Positions 51,563 through 64,000 of a stretch of 64,000 bases of DNA are shown here, in pieces. The stretch's first letter is position 1. Every line of letters starts with the position of its first letter. The stretch covers positions 15,279,974 through 15,343,973 of the forward strand of contig OZ316899.1 in assembly GCA_973895155.1 (NCBI GenBank). The letters are read 5' to 3'. The notes below the pieces were generated by a model. That model searched no databases and was not told the DNA's origin. It was given only the letters and a program-made list of their open reading frames with translations. Both the position numbers and the translations under genes were made by a program. The stretch is from Marsupella aquatica. Lineage: Eukaryota > Plantae > Marchantiophyta.

Positions 51563-54073
51563 TGTGATGCCTAGCCAGGAATCACTAGGCCAGTTTAAAT
51601 GGTAAAATCAGGAGTGTACCCTAGAAACACATTAGTATAGTAACAAAAAAAGGAAAATATAAACAATTAAGGATGACTATGGAACCCGAGCCAAGGCCGG
51701 AAGTAAGGACGTCGGGGGAGGGAACACGATTAGGGTTAGGGCGCGCTGAGTGCCCGCGGCTATGGGTAACCAACGGGAAGGAAGACCAGGCAAGAGGGGG
51801 GGTAAGGACCGATCGCAAGGAATGATGGCTCATTTGCAAGCATGAACTAAGCAAACAACTACGTGAAGCAACTATTGTCAGCTGCTTAGGCAAACACTCT
51901 GGGCGGGAGCAGATACCGACTATCAACTCAAGAAGGGTATGAGCAACGCCAATCAAGCTGCTCATTTTTGGGGATGCCTGTTCAAACGGGCAATTGAGTA
52001 CATTGGGACCTACAAGGACAAAGAATTGGAAAGAGCAGCTTGAGAACGGCAGGAGCTCGCTCGACTATGGGAGCTACAAAAGTCTGCCTTCTTAGGAGGA
52101 GAACTCATCAAGGCTGAATTCCTGTGGACACCTACTAGCGACGAGCTAGATGACCTTCTGTTTTGCGAGAACATAATCGTCGGCATCCGAGAAGCCATCA
52201 ACCGTTGCAACGACATACACTGGGAGTTGAAGGGTAGCACGGAGGGGTGGACAAAGGCAACCGTGCTTGGAGAAACATCCATGGCAGCCGCTATGAAGAG
52301 GAAAGGGGCCAACAACGAAGAGGCCACCCCCGCGAAGAGAACAAGGTCGGCAACACCAAGGAAGCCAACCAAGCAGGAAAGCAGGAGGCAGGAAGAAGCC
52401 AAAGAAGAGGAGGTCGACCCCATCAATGTCGTTCCAACAAGGGATGACACCTGGAAAGGTTGGGCAACGACCCTCCCCAAGGAAGTGCAATTACACTTTG
52501 CACGTGAAGAGGATGCATGCTTTACGGCTATGCAGACTTGGAAGTGCCAGGGCTTCATGGCCGGATCCGGCTTGGAAGCCTTTGTGAAATTACCATGGCT
52601 GAAGCCGGAGGTGCCGGATTCAGACTTATTAGAATTTGTTGGATCATGGGAGCCCGAGACCAATTCCACAAGGGTGTATGGGAAGGATTTCTATTTCACT
52701 CCCCGGGTGATTGCCAAAGCGTTTGGCTTGCCAATGGGCAATAAGACCAAAGTCGATACCAGGAAGACCTTGCCTGACAAGGAATTCCGGTCGTTCCCAA
52801 GGCCATCAACGAAGAATGGCTTCTTCTGGAACACTTGCACCAACGCGTACATCGGAGAGATGATCAATTTCTTGCAGGTAACCATGCATTACAACTTGCC
52901 AAGGCCAGAGATCGGCAAGGCATAGGTCTACCCTGGCGGAGAGGCCAGACCCAAGCCGGGACTACAACGGGTACCTCCTCACCCAACTGAAGAAGATCTT
53001 GAAGGAGGAACAACAGGTGATTGGCAAGGGAAGCATGTCCCGGCTTGGCTATCACATGCCGCTGTTGTGCCGGTATGCCCGGAGTCAGATCTTTGCCCCG
53101 GTACTTCCCCTGCAGGCAAGGGCACCAGAGGAGGTTCCAGAATAGAGGCCGACAGCAGAGAAACCCAACCACCCCGACAGTCCTACGATCGAGCAGGTGT
53201 TTAGACCGAGGACGGAAGGCTTGCCGATGCAGCAACCAGGCATGCAAATTCTGCTGAAATTGCTGGAGAAGGAAAAGAGGACGGCAACGGCAACGGTACA
53301 GGACACTGCCCCAGAAGTCGGCCTAAGCCGACTCATGAGGGAAAACCCCTTTACCGGAGCCAAGGAAAGAAGGAGGCCAGAACACGAGCCAGGGGTTCGA
53401 ATGTATGTGGGAGCCGCGAGTCCAAAAGCCAAGGGAGAGCAGCCCAAAGCTCCTGTTTGCGGTAAACAGAGGGAGAAGACAGCCTGGAAGCCGAAGGAGG
53501 AACTAGGACCTGTGAGTTATGATTGGCAAGAGGCCGTGTTCACCGCAAGACAAGGAGAACAGCGGGGGGGAGTCAGTAGTCCAAGCCAGGGAGGAGGTGG
53601 TGGAGGACTACGGCAATGATGACTCCGGCTACGGGTCAGACCATCATATCCCAGGGATAAGGACCTGTGGCCGGTTCATCCCCACGCTTCCAAGAGTAGT
53701 TCGAGGGGACCCCACCCAATAGAGCAGCCCTGAGTCTCCCCCACCAGATGTCGCTCCCCCAAGCTTTGACGAGATAAAACAGACGGCACAAGAGTTTTAG
53801 GAGCGACTCAGGGAAGCAAAGAAGGCAGCCCTGGCTAGGGAGAAGGATTTACATGGGAGAGAATGGTCATAGGACATCCGGCGGCTAGGAGAAAGACGGA
53901 GCAGCCCTCCAGCCATGATAGAAGAAATCCGGAAGGCGGTGTTGCGAGGACTTAAAGTTAGGGGCTCCTCGGGCAAACTGTGCATTTCTGGCTGCGATTG
54001 GGACAGGCGACAAGCACTTTTTGGAGCGAACTCTCACTCCTTAATTTTTTTCACTTTTCTCACAAAGGTTACA
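51563..54073 (+). mobile_element. Retroelement segment starting TGTGATGCC with a decayed PMD/gypsy-accessory-like ORF (~52000-53900)
   Basis: LLEFVGSW..TRVYGKDFYFT..IAKAFGLP resembles MTEFVKNY..TRLWGRNMSLT..RIIFGLP of 45322-45654. Boundaries approximate. Confidence 0.45.
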
Positions 54074-54271
54074 ATGGGTGCCCTCGAGTAAGCTTGCCCG
54101 CAAGAGTCTGGTAGCTGGCCCTATGGCGGGCCGCTACCTCTAACTTGTCGAGCTGAACTCCTCGAGTGACTATCTACTCAAAATCTGACAGAAAAACTCT
54201 CCTCCTTAGCTCACAAAACCAAAACTTGACTAGCTACTCCACTAATCTAAAATAGCTCTCACAAAACTCGG

Positions 54272-54392
54272 GCCTGGACCAACAAGGCTCCAAACTTGAG
54301 AAATCCCCGCCTGGATCGACGAGGCTCCAAACTTGAGAAATCACCGCCTGGATCAACGAGGCTCCAAACTTGAGAAATCCCCGCATGGATCG
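54272..54392 (+). repeat. 37-bp tandem repeat, ~3.3 copies
   Basis: GCCTGGATCGACGAGGCTCCAAACTTGAGAAATCCCC units at 54272, 54309, 54346, 54383. Confidence 0.9.
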
Positions 54393-55110
54393 AAAACTCC
54401 ACACCTGGATCCAACACTTGCCCAGAACTCCAAAACCGCTGCACAACAATCGAGTTCTGTAGAACGGAGCGGAACTCACAGAACAAAACTCAATAGATCT
54501 CAATAGACAACCGCCAACCTCAATGAGCCGAGGCTCAAGTCTTAAGTAGCATTGGAAACCCAACCATCCAGCTTGAGCCAACTGCCATCAGCAAGGCTCA
54601 TCCAAACTCCAAGCCTGGTGACTCACCCAAACACCAAACCTGGTGACGACGAGTCACCCAATTGCCAAACCTCAATCCATCCAACCAAGCAGCCCCTCTC
54701 AGTCAGCATGCACGCAACCCAACCAGGAGGCCTTGCCCATCATTCCCTATAAAAGCCATTCCTGAGCCAAAATCTTTCGGCACGACATCCTCCCCCAGTA
54801 AACCTGAGCAGCCTCCAGTCTGCTCCAATCCATCAGATTTCCTCTAAGTCTGAGTCCGAACTCAAGCCATGCGCCTGGACCACTTTCTCCTCAAGAAACT
54901 CAAAACCAAAGCCTTCAGACTCGGTCTTAGGCACTCCACTTTCCAGAAACTCAAAGTCCAACTCATCCGAATCAGAACCAGTCAAGCCACTTTCAAAACT
55001 CAAGTCCAACGGATGCACCTGGACCAATGCCTCGTCTTCAAATTCACTCAAGTCGGAACTTGAGTTCATTCCCTCTCTAGTTTGCACCTTGCAAACCTTC
55101 ACTCTCTCCT

Positions 55111-55467
55111 GGAGGTGTTTACAAAAGACAGCAAACAGGAAACAGGATTTAATAACAGAAACTGGTAACAGGAAAAAAACTGGTAACAAGAAAATGGGTG
55201 GAATTTTTTTTTGAATTTTTTTTTAAAATTTTTTTTTGAAATTGTTTTTTTGAGAAAAAAAAATTTCGGTCGACCAGATTTTTTTGCTAGCGCCCAAAGC
55301 TAGCAAAAAATGTTGCATTGTTAATTTTTTTTGGAAATAACATGTTTTAGGAGACATTTTTAAATTGTCATTTTTCCTGGTAATAGTGATTTTTTCCTGG
55401 TAACAGCATATTAAAAACAGGAAAAAAAATTCCTGTTTACCTGTTTCCTGTCTCCGTCGCTATACCC
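55111..55467. mobile_element. MITE-like non-autonomous member of the same MULE clan
   Basis: Right end revcomp GGGTATAGCGACGGAGACAGGAAACAGG; left GGAGGTGTTTACAAAAGACAGCAAACAGGAAACAGG; CTGGTAACAG repeats; central GCTAGCGCCCAAAGCTAGC. TSD only partial (CTCTCC). Confidence 0.6.
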
Positions 55468-55469
55468 CT

Positions 55470-56450
55470 CTCCCATATGTCAATGACTTGATAGTCAATC
55501 CGATCAAGCTCTTGAATCTGCCTCTGCAAGTTGTGATGGATCCCTCAATTGTCAGCATACTCCTGAACATCCCAATACAAATTTGGCCACCAATACTCCT
55601 TTTGGATCTGCTCACAGACCTTCGCCCTTATTCCTTTCAAACCACCTTTGACCTCAGCATCATAGACTTCCTCCAAAATCCGCTTCTGCTCATCCTTAGA
55701 ATCGACAACTCTCATTGATACTAGCATGGGGCCCTTAGGTTTCCGCCAAAGGTAGCCCTCTCTAAGAATGAACTTATCAGAATTCACTCGAATGTCTTCG
55801 AACTCTTCACCATCCTGTTTCAGCCACTTCCCAAAGTCACTCAGATACTTCCCAATGTCCAGTAGCTCTCCTGAGTAACACTCTTCCTTGAACACTAGAC
55901 TCCCCATCTTTCGGTCGGCAATTGGCTCCCCTTTGAACTTTGTACTTAGATCCATCTTAGCATCTCGGTTCTCCCCCATAGCAATGCTAACTTCTGCGCT
56001 GTTGGATCTCGCAGTTGCTTTCGGTTCCTCTCATTTCCAGGTAGAACCACTGGAAATTGAACCACCTCCTTATCATCTTTGCCTCGAACCTTCACCGTGA
56101 AGGTAGTATCGTCCAGAACCTTTGTCTCCATCCTCCATTCCGTGATTAACGGCATGCCCAGTATCACTGGAAACAACAAGTGCTCATGAACAAAAATGTT
56201 ACAAGCCTGCTTGACATTCCCAAACTTCACCATCACATTTGGACATCCACCCCAAAGATAGTCCTTCATTGAACTCACCGAGTTCACACTCCAAAGCAAC
56301 TCATTATCCACCGGCCAATTCCCCTTTTGAAACACCTTGGGATCCATCAAGTTGATCTTCGAGCCAGTATCAATGAGCGCCCGCACCTTGCCTTCCATTC
56401 CTTCCAACTGGCACTCGCTCTCCGGACTTGCTCAAGCCCAATATCTGTGA
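55470..56450 (-). pseudogene. Ty3/gypsy pol remnant: aspartic protease followed by integrase Zn-finger-like region, RT/RH absent
   Basis: VRALIDTGS..VILGMP; FILREGYLWRK..EQKRILEEVYD..YWWPNLYWDV. Confidence 0.7.
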
Positions 56451-56451
56451 G

Positions 56452-59400
56452 TATTGGGTAATACCGAAAAACTGAAATTACTGAAAATTTTAAACTTTTT
56501 ACAATGTTTAAGCCTGCTGTTGCTGTTAAAGTGCCAAGTGTAAACTACGGGTATACTTTATAACGGGATTACGCATTTACGCGTATGAGCGTTACGAGTT
56601 TATAGGTTTACGGGTTTACGATGTTATGAGTTTACGCCGATACAGGATTATGGCTTACGCCTTACACTTTTAAGGAAAGTTCACATTACGGCGCTACGGC
56701 TAACTTTGCAACGGGACTTAGAAACGGATTGGGGACTTTATACCTTGATAGGAATCAAGCATAGAGTTCAGGCGCTCATTCCTGTCTTTTCACCACCCCT
56801 ATTCACTTGCTCTTTCTCTTCGAAAGCAACCTTCGCAACACGCAAATCACCGTTGCAGCTATGGCGAACCTGGGTGCTGAGGAACAGTATCAAATTGAAG
56901 CTCTAGCTCGACTCCTACTTGCAGGATTTTGTGAAGGGGATTATCCTCCCGATTGAATTCAGGCGAACGATTCGAGCTCACCCCAGCCTGTGGACTGTTG
57001 AGCAAATTGCTTACGCCTTTGGATGCCCGTCAGAAGGAGAGGCGTTATATTCCAAGAAGTAGGACTTATCTACTCCATACTTCTCAGGAACTCAAAATGC
57101 CAAGAATGGTTGGAACTTGTCCCAGTGTACTTATCCTGAATTGAGAGTGCTCATGGAATTTTGGTACCCATTCTTCATCCGAAAAAGCCAACTCTCTGTC
57201 CTATGGTCTTGGCTAACACCATTGTAGCTGCTCACAGTGGAGCTATAAAAATAAATTGGGCCCTACTTCTGTTTAATGTAATGAAGGATCAAGTAAGGAG
57301 CTTGGAAGTAGGGAGGACCACTTGCTTACAGAATTATCTCTCTCAGCTCTATTATACCCATGACTGTTTATATCTGGAGGAAGAGACAGAGAGGGGGTTA
57401 CTCCTGATTGACTTGTGTATTGAAGAAGAAATTCCTATGGAGGACATTGTACATGTCACCCCATTGAATTCGAATGATCAGAACATTGAGGAGAATGCTG
57501 ATGTTCCTATGGAGGATACTTCATTAGAAGTCCCTACACATTCTCCTATGCATAGCAGGGAAGTTGTTTGCCAATCAATAAGTAATGAGAATTCCCCTAG
57601 CCGGACTATGGATGCAGATCCACTAGAAGCTGAAGAAGTAAGGAGCATTCATCAACAAGATGATGTTGCTACACCAACTCATGCTACTCCTCATGAGACC
57701 ACCAGGTCCACTTCTTCGAAGGCAGAGTCGAATCAGCAGCTTATTGATAAGTTGACATCTCTCCTCAGTTGCAGTAATGATGGACTATATGATGCTATTA
57801 ATAATTTGAGAATGGAGGCTGTTAGTTTGAGATCACCATTTCATGATCAACTAAGTCCTGTCAGAATGACCTCTTCCCCAAGAGAACTAGCACCAATGGA
57901 GTTTGTGATCTGTACTCCTGTCACTGTACAACCCCCTCCCCTAGAAACAAGTGAACCTGTTCCAGTAATAGATAGTACCAGCTGTGTGGCCATTGTGGAT
58001 GACTTGCTAGAAATACTATAGTGTGAACCTCGACAGATAGCATCTGTGGTTAGCAACTTGATCCAACAATGTCCAATTGCTAGTCCCACTCCTAGCCCAG
58101 GTTCGCAACCTTACAGCCCTGATTCCAACTACAAACCCACAGAAGGACCCACCTACAATCGGTCACAATATGAACACCCTTATGTCAGAGAGGATATACC
58201 TGAAGACTCTGATCCACCCTCAGATGGTGAAACTTATAGATCTTATGATAATTCTCTTGAGTCATCCCCAAGGCAGGGATTTGAAGATGTTGATACTACC
58301 TTAAGATCCAATCCAAATTTAGTAGCAGTTGTCACCTCATCTACTCAGACACCCCGGAATGCCACCATCGAGAGTAGATACCCGAGACATCCAGAGTCCC
58401 AAGTGCACAGGTATGTGGAGACCTGTAAGATTATGCAGGCCAACAGACCACCGGTTGGAGAGTTTTGGAAATACTACTATCTCAAGAAGACAGAGGCCAG
58501 TTATATCTTTGACCTCAGGTGTTTTGGAACTTCCAGACTGGAGATGGCACAATTTGATGAGTTCTGGACTGACTCTCTCTATTTCCGGCCCATTCTTGCT
58601 GTGATGCTACTTCAGGGTGATGTAGAGGTGGAGGATCCAAATTTAGTTCTGGCATATTTTGGAAATTTGGCAGCTTATGCCCTAGATTTGTGGTTTCTTT
58701 TCTCATGTAGAGTAAGAAATCTACTTCTCCCCAGAACGCTTACCTTCCTCGAGAGCCCAAGGTTACCCTTGTTTCAACCAGTTCATTAGCTGAGAAATAG
58801 AGAATCTGGAACAATGTCACCTCTCAAACTCTAGCCAACTTCAACCGGTATTTCAGAGATGTCAAATGGAGGCTTCACCCTTTCTATTCCAGGATGCTGA
58901 ACTCTGATGAATTTCTATACCATTATCCCCAAGTATATGCTGCTACTTGCAATAATTATGACGTGATTGGGATATATAGAGAAGCTCTTCGAATAGACAT
59001 ATCTAAGGAGAAGAATGCCCCTGATGTATCCTGAAAGGCAATTGAGATGCCTACCCTACTCTCGAGGATCCCCACGCCAGGGTGAGCTGATGGAAGTTAC
59101 TCAAGCTCGGACTGTTACCCTCGTGGAGCTACTCGAACCAGACGACATCCAACAACAAGCTTGAGGCAGAATCTGGCAAATTTTCAGAATTTTCCAAGCA
59201 AGGAGTAGAAAGTTAAAAATAGTTGAATTCGGTAAGTCTTTAAGTCTACCGCATTCACCGGATTATGCCTTTACGTTTTTATGCTTTACGAGTTTACGTC
59301 TTTACGCTTTTACACTTTTACGGGTTCTTACTTAGCCATTTTCCGGCTTTTCACTTACTGAATCATTGTTTTGACTTTTTGAGGAGTATGAAGAGGCATG

Positions 59401-60235
59401 TCTCTTCGACCCTATGACCTCTTACCCTATAGGTTTTTACTATAAGACCCCCCCACCACTAGTGTAGTTTATGGTTAAGTTATGCATTTTTGCCTTTTCG
59501 TTGTGTTAAACTAGTTGATCACGAATCTATGAGTTCGAGATCAGGTTTAACATTTGGAGAGACTTACCTCCTTCTTGTGTTTTTACCTATGATTATAAAC
59601 ACGGGAAGTAAAATTCCTTTTGTACAAATCTTTTGAGTTGTAATGACAGATTCCTTATTGGTGACTCATTGCAATCTCTTGAGTTCTTAAAGTTAACTCA
59701 TTGAGTTTAAGCCTTATTGAAATTGATGGATTTTCTTTCGTGTTGCTTAGTACCATCTAAATGTTGAAGTAGCTACCTTTTAGAACTTATCTGAGTAACC
59801 ACTTAGAAAGAAAGGATAAGACATATTGACGACATTTTAAAAGGTACTCTAGTAAGCAGTTTAGATCTGAAAAGCAATGTGGATTTGAATTCTTAAGTCT
59901 TTTCATTTTGACTTATGTCTAAGGAGTAACCTTGGTCTATTCCAAACTCCCTTAGCATACTTTGAGATATTTTTCCTTGTGTTTTTGTTAATCATTTCCT
60001 TTTCATTAATTTATGTTTACATGATGCTGAGTTGTCATTGAAAACCACTCACCGCTGTGGAGCGATCTTCAAAATACCTTAGTAAAGTAATCAAACTTGA
60101 TTACTATGTGTGGAAAACATTTTTAGTTCTTTATTATTGATTAAATCTATCAAACCAACCCATCTTGTTCTTTACGGGAACGAATACCGAGTTTGAAGAC
60201 CTTTAAGTGTGTTTTAAATAGCAAACTACATGAGA
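56452..60235 (+). mobile_element. Putative long 5' LTR region of an Athila/Tat-like Ty3/gypsy element, containing decayed ORF ~56861-58789
   Basis: Interrupts the protease remnant and lies immediately upstream of the PBS. ORF has ILHPKKPT..NTI..INWA motif. Left boundary approximate. Confidence 0.5.
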
Positions 60236-60238
60236 TTT

Positions 60239-60256
60239 TGGCGTCGCTGCCGGGGA
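60239..60256 (+). promoter_or_regulatory. Primer-binding site, tRNA-Asp type
   Basis: TGGCGTCGCTGCCGGGGA, 2 mismatches to the Athila-type TGGCGCCGTTGCCGGGGA. Confidence 0.8.
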
Positions 60257-60547
60257 ACAAATCAAGGAAGGTTTGAAGTACAGGCAGTAAATGCCAAAAG
60301 AAGTTTTGAGTTCAGTAAAGATGATGGAATAAAATAAGGGTGATTGCCACCATGGAACCTAATGGAGAATGGGCAATTCCAAGGCTAGAAATTCGACCTT
60401 ATACAGTGAAAAATGCACCAGAGGCATTTATGGAAAGGATTGGAGGAGAAAATCCTGCCACAATTTTGGAAAGAAAGAGGAAAGCTAAGGCCAAGAAGGA
60501 AAGATTAAGTGGTGCTTAGTAAGGGAATTCTTTTTTAGAGAAAGATA

Positions 60548-61409
60548 ATGGTAAGAAAGAATAGGCCTCAGAAAAGAGAGAGAGCCTTAATTAGGTCTAG
60601 GGATAATCAAACACACACGATTATCAGTGCCACTGCACGAGATAGAACAACTATTTTGAGAAGGCAAGCGTCTAACCAAGGAAGGGGAAGCTACTTTTGG
60701 GGTGGCGAATTGGTGAAGGTTGACTCATGGGACACCATCATTCTGTATGATTGTGTGTTTGTTTTCAGAAGAGCCATAGATGGAAGACTGGAATTGATTG
60801 AAGCCACTCAAGATGATGAATTTGATGCCAATTTTATTTCCCCCTTACTAAAAGAACATGACATTAAGGAGGAAATATTGGAGGAGGAACTTGAGTATCA
60901 ATTAAGGAAAGCATTGGCAAGATTAAAGGGGGGATCCCTTATGGAGGAACCAACTTGATTATGTTTTAACAGAGTTTTATCAGGACAATCCCAATTTAAT
61001 ACTTCGGGAGGAAAGACCGGTTATGACCTCCAATAGAAGGGAGCTGGTTGACACTTGTAAATGGCATGCCATAAGTGGATGGGCTTTGTTAAAATGGAGG
61101 GATTCAAGTACAGAAAGAGCATCCTTTAAATGGACCTCCACCCTCCCTCAATGGTCTAAATTGACTGATGTAATAGTCTTTAAGAGAGTTTGGATTGATG
61201 ATGAGGAATATAAGTTGCAGCCCATTAAGGAAGAACATGATTTAGAATTTTTAATAAGCAAGAATGGTCAAATTAGTAATTGGGTTACTGGAGAAGAAGA
61301 ACTGAGAATCAAGGAGGTGCTGGAAAAATTACACATTGTTGAACACCCTTGGGTGGATGCCTTGGACACTCTAGAAAATTTGTTGAATAACTACCGGATC
61401 TCAGCATAA
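60548..61409 (+). pseudogene. Extra ORF(s) between PBS and gag, unknown function
   Basis: Two ORF pieces sharing VF.R..D..P..(K/E)EHD. Confidence 0.4.
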
Positions 61410-62117
61410 AAGAGGACAACAGAAGAGGAGATTCCCCCAAATTAAAACTTTGATTCCAACTTTGAATAAGCAATTTGGTGAAATAATTGAAATGCCTCCT
61501 ATCAGGTCTTTAGGCACTTTGAGACTAAGGAATTTGCATAATCGGTATGTTCAAACATGGGTACTGTCCCTAAGAGGACGGAGGGGGCTTCATTGGTTAA
61601 GTATTACCTGGTGGTAAGGAGGAGTTTTGCATTTGGTTATTTTGAAGTTGAATGGTAGAATTACTGGAGAGGAGTATATCATTATCTCCATACAAGAATT
61701 AGCTAGAAAAATATTGCAAAATCAAAATAGGAGACTTAGATAAGGAACGACAAGCCGAAGTTGGTTGTAAACCAATGAGGGGAGAGACACTTTCCAAGGG
61801 GCACCCCGTAATATGAGGAGGCGCCATTACAGGTAAAACGGTACAGGTTTACGACTTTACGGTTATGCCTTTATGCCTTTACGACTTTATGGGTTGACGA
61901 GTTGACGATTTCACGAGTTGACGATTTCACGAGTTTACGAGTTGAAGAGTTACGAGTATAGGTTGTGGCGCTTCAACATGCGACCGATCCTTACGCCTGT
62001 TCAATCACGGACGTCCACAAGCGTACAGGACAGAGGCATGACGACAAGGGGGCGCGACTTCTCCAAGCGATGGGAACTATTCGGGTGAACTAAGGGTCAA
62101 CCCGACACCATAAACTC

Positions 62118-64000
62118 GTGCCAGAAGAGTGCCGGTGTTCAGAATGTGGGATGTCTGATAAAGGGAAACGAGGTTGGAGAACAAAACGAGAAGAGAAAGC
62201 AAAAGCAGAAGCCTCTCAAGACCCACTTAACCCGAGAGAATTACTGCCGGATTTCCAATCACCGGATTATCCGACACCTGGAAGTGTAGCAGAGCGAGTC
62301 ACCCTGATCCAGCAAAGTGAAACAGAGGGAATAGTACAGAATCCAACAACAAGTCGACCTGTAATTTATAAATTACGCTCCAGAGATGTGCAATACATTT
62401 CACCCAAGCCTAGTAAGAAAGGAGTTGACATTGTCAAACCGTTAAGAAGAACGCAAAGCTTGGATGAATATGAGGGTACACCTGCGTTGCAGATAATAGG
62501 AACAGAAAAGATTACCAATACAAGGCATGAAAGTATAATTGGAGGAGGAATTCAGCAAATTGAATCTTTAAAATTTAATTCTGACTCACCTTCACTTCAG
62601 AGAACGCCCATTGGAGAATCTGCAAAATTAGCAGAGATACCTCCCTCGCTTGGTTATGGAAGTGCTAGCAACAGCCTTAGCACAATAAGCACTCCCAATT
62701 CTTTAAATTCAACTTCACCATTGACGTCTCAAGGATCAGTCACCAGCACTAGTTCACAATATTTGGGGGCCACTCCTCCAATCAATTTAATCCCGGTTCT
62801 TGTAAGGAGAACTCAAATGGCTCGAAACAATATTCGCTATGATACCTTTAAGGAAACATCCAAGGAGGATGCTGAAACCTTTTTGAAGGAATTTGAAGCT
62901 ACAGCCACCTCAAATGGGCAACGAAGATGCTGAAAAAGCCACAATTTTTGGAGGCTTGTTGAAGAAAAATGCCCAAAAATGGTATGATCGATTCCCAGAC
63001 AAAAATGATTGGGGAAAAACAAAGACCGGTTTTCTGGACAAGTATAAGGAGGATGGTGTTGAGGCGAGAGCCTTTGCCAGAATTCTCAACTCACCATGAA
63101 GAAACATGGATCAGTCAGGAAGTATGCAGATAAATTATTGGACCTGGTGGACAAATACAATCCCAATACAGCTAAATCTACCACGAGAGATTGGTTTATC
63201 AACGGACTTCCCTCCCGAATTGCACGATATGTGAGAAGGGAAGGTGGTACAACTTTTGAAGAGGCACAGGAAGCAACCCAAAAATATGTGGACTCTGAAG
63301 TCTCTGAGAAGAAATGAGTTAAGAAGGACTTAAAAAAGGGCAAAAAGAAAAAGAAAAAGAAAAAGACGAAGTCTTCATCAAGCTCAGAGTCTGATGATAG
63401 TGATAGTGGCAGTACTAAGGGAATAAGTTCTGACTCAAGCTCCAGTAGCAGTTCAAGTAGCAGTTCAAGTTCTGACGATGTGGACTCTAAGCCAAAAAAT
63501 ATGCAGAAAAGCTCGGTACCCCAGAAGGCTAAAACCTTGGATAAAATGATGGATTCCTTGACTAGTAAGTTAAACAAACTCTCGGTGAATGCGGCCATCT
63601 ATAAACCAACTAGAAAATTGCCACCTGCCATTCAAAATAATGTTTGGTGCACACGCTGCAATAATCAAGGACACTACCACCACGAGTGCCCCACATTACA
63701 ACGAGCTGTTAATTATGGAGAAGAGGAAGAGTTGATAGATTATGGAGATATCTATGCAGTCCAGGCACCATTTGCAAGGCAATACTTCCCTCCAGCTGCA
63801 GGACCAACTGCATGGACCCAGCAGAAAATAGCAGGATCATCCTCATTTAATCGACCGGGGCCAAGACCACCGATGGGACCTCCGGGAGGATATCCACCTA
63901 GAGGAGCACCAAGGGTACAAGGGACTTGTTACAATTGTGGTCAACCAGGGCATTATTCGCTAGAGTGTCCGTACCCAAAGAGAGAAGTAGGATACACTCC
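62118..64000 (+). pseudogene. Ty3/gypsy gag, frameshifted, runs off the window
   Basis: EDAETFLKEFE..LKKNAQKWY..W..FL capsid-like region; FINGL; two CCHC knuckles at 63648 and 63927. Confidence 0.85.

Noticed and set aside
54272-54392. 37-bp repeats as a CRISPR array
   Set aside because: Head-to-tail tandem units with no spacers.

Overview
Eukaryotic (land-plant, probably bryophyte-like; inferred) transposon-rich window. It holds one apparently intact host gene, ARGLU1 (4 exons, 12589-14904), surrounded by nested, decayed TEs. Main result: two complete but divergent 10-11 kb Mutator-like (MULE) elements, 580-10844 and 30061-41224, each delimited by about 30-bp imperfect TIRs and a 9-10 bp TSD. 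Each carries, head-to-head, (i) a WRKY/GCM1-type Zn domain + DDE + SWIM transposase and (ii) a spliced accessory gene fusing a ParB/Sulfiredoxin-like domain to a beta-class N6A/N4C DNA-methyltransferase-like fold with a non-canonical motif IV. Each element is studded, only in introns and non-coding DNA, with its own palindrome: GCTAGCGAnnTCGCTAGC (9 copies) versus TAGCGCCnGGCGCTA (18 copies). This suggests a ParB/parS-like or VANC-like element-specific self-recognition system. Relatives in the window are a gene fragment at 17.3 kb, a MITE with a central palindrome at 55.1-55.5 kb, an orphan terminus at 11.9 kb, and a third ParB-like gene linked to Ulp1 protease and FCP1-like phosphatase domains (18.8-28.8 kb). 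Also present: a Ty1/copia remnant, Ty3/gypsy remnants (PBS-Asp, gag), and a 3.97-kb TSD-flanked solo-LTR-like unit that contains a whole ORF. All domain calls are by eye; no database searches were run.
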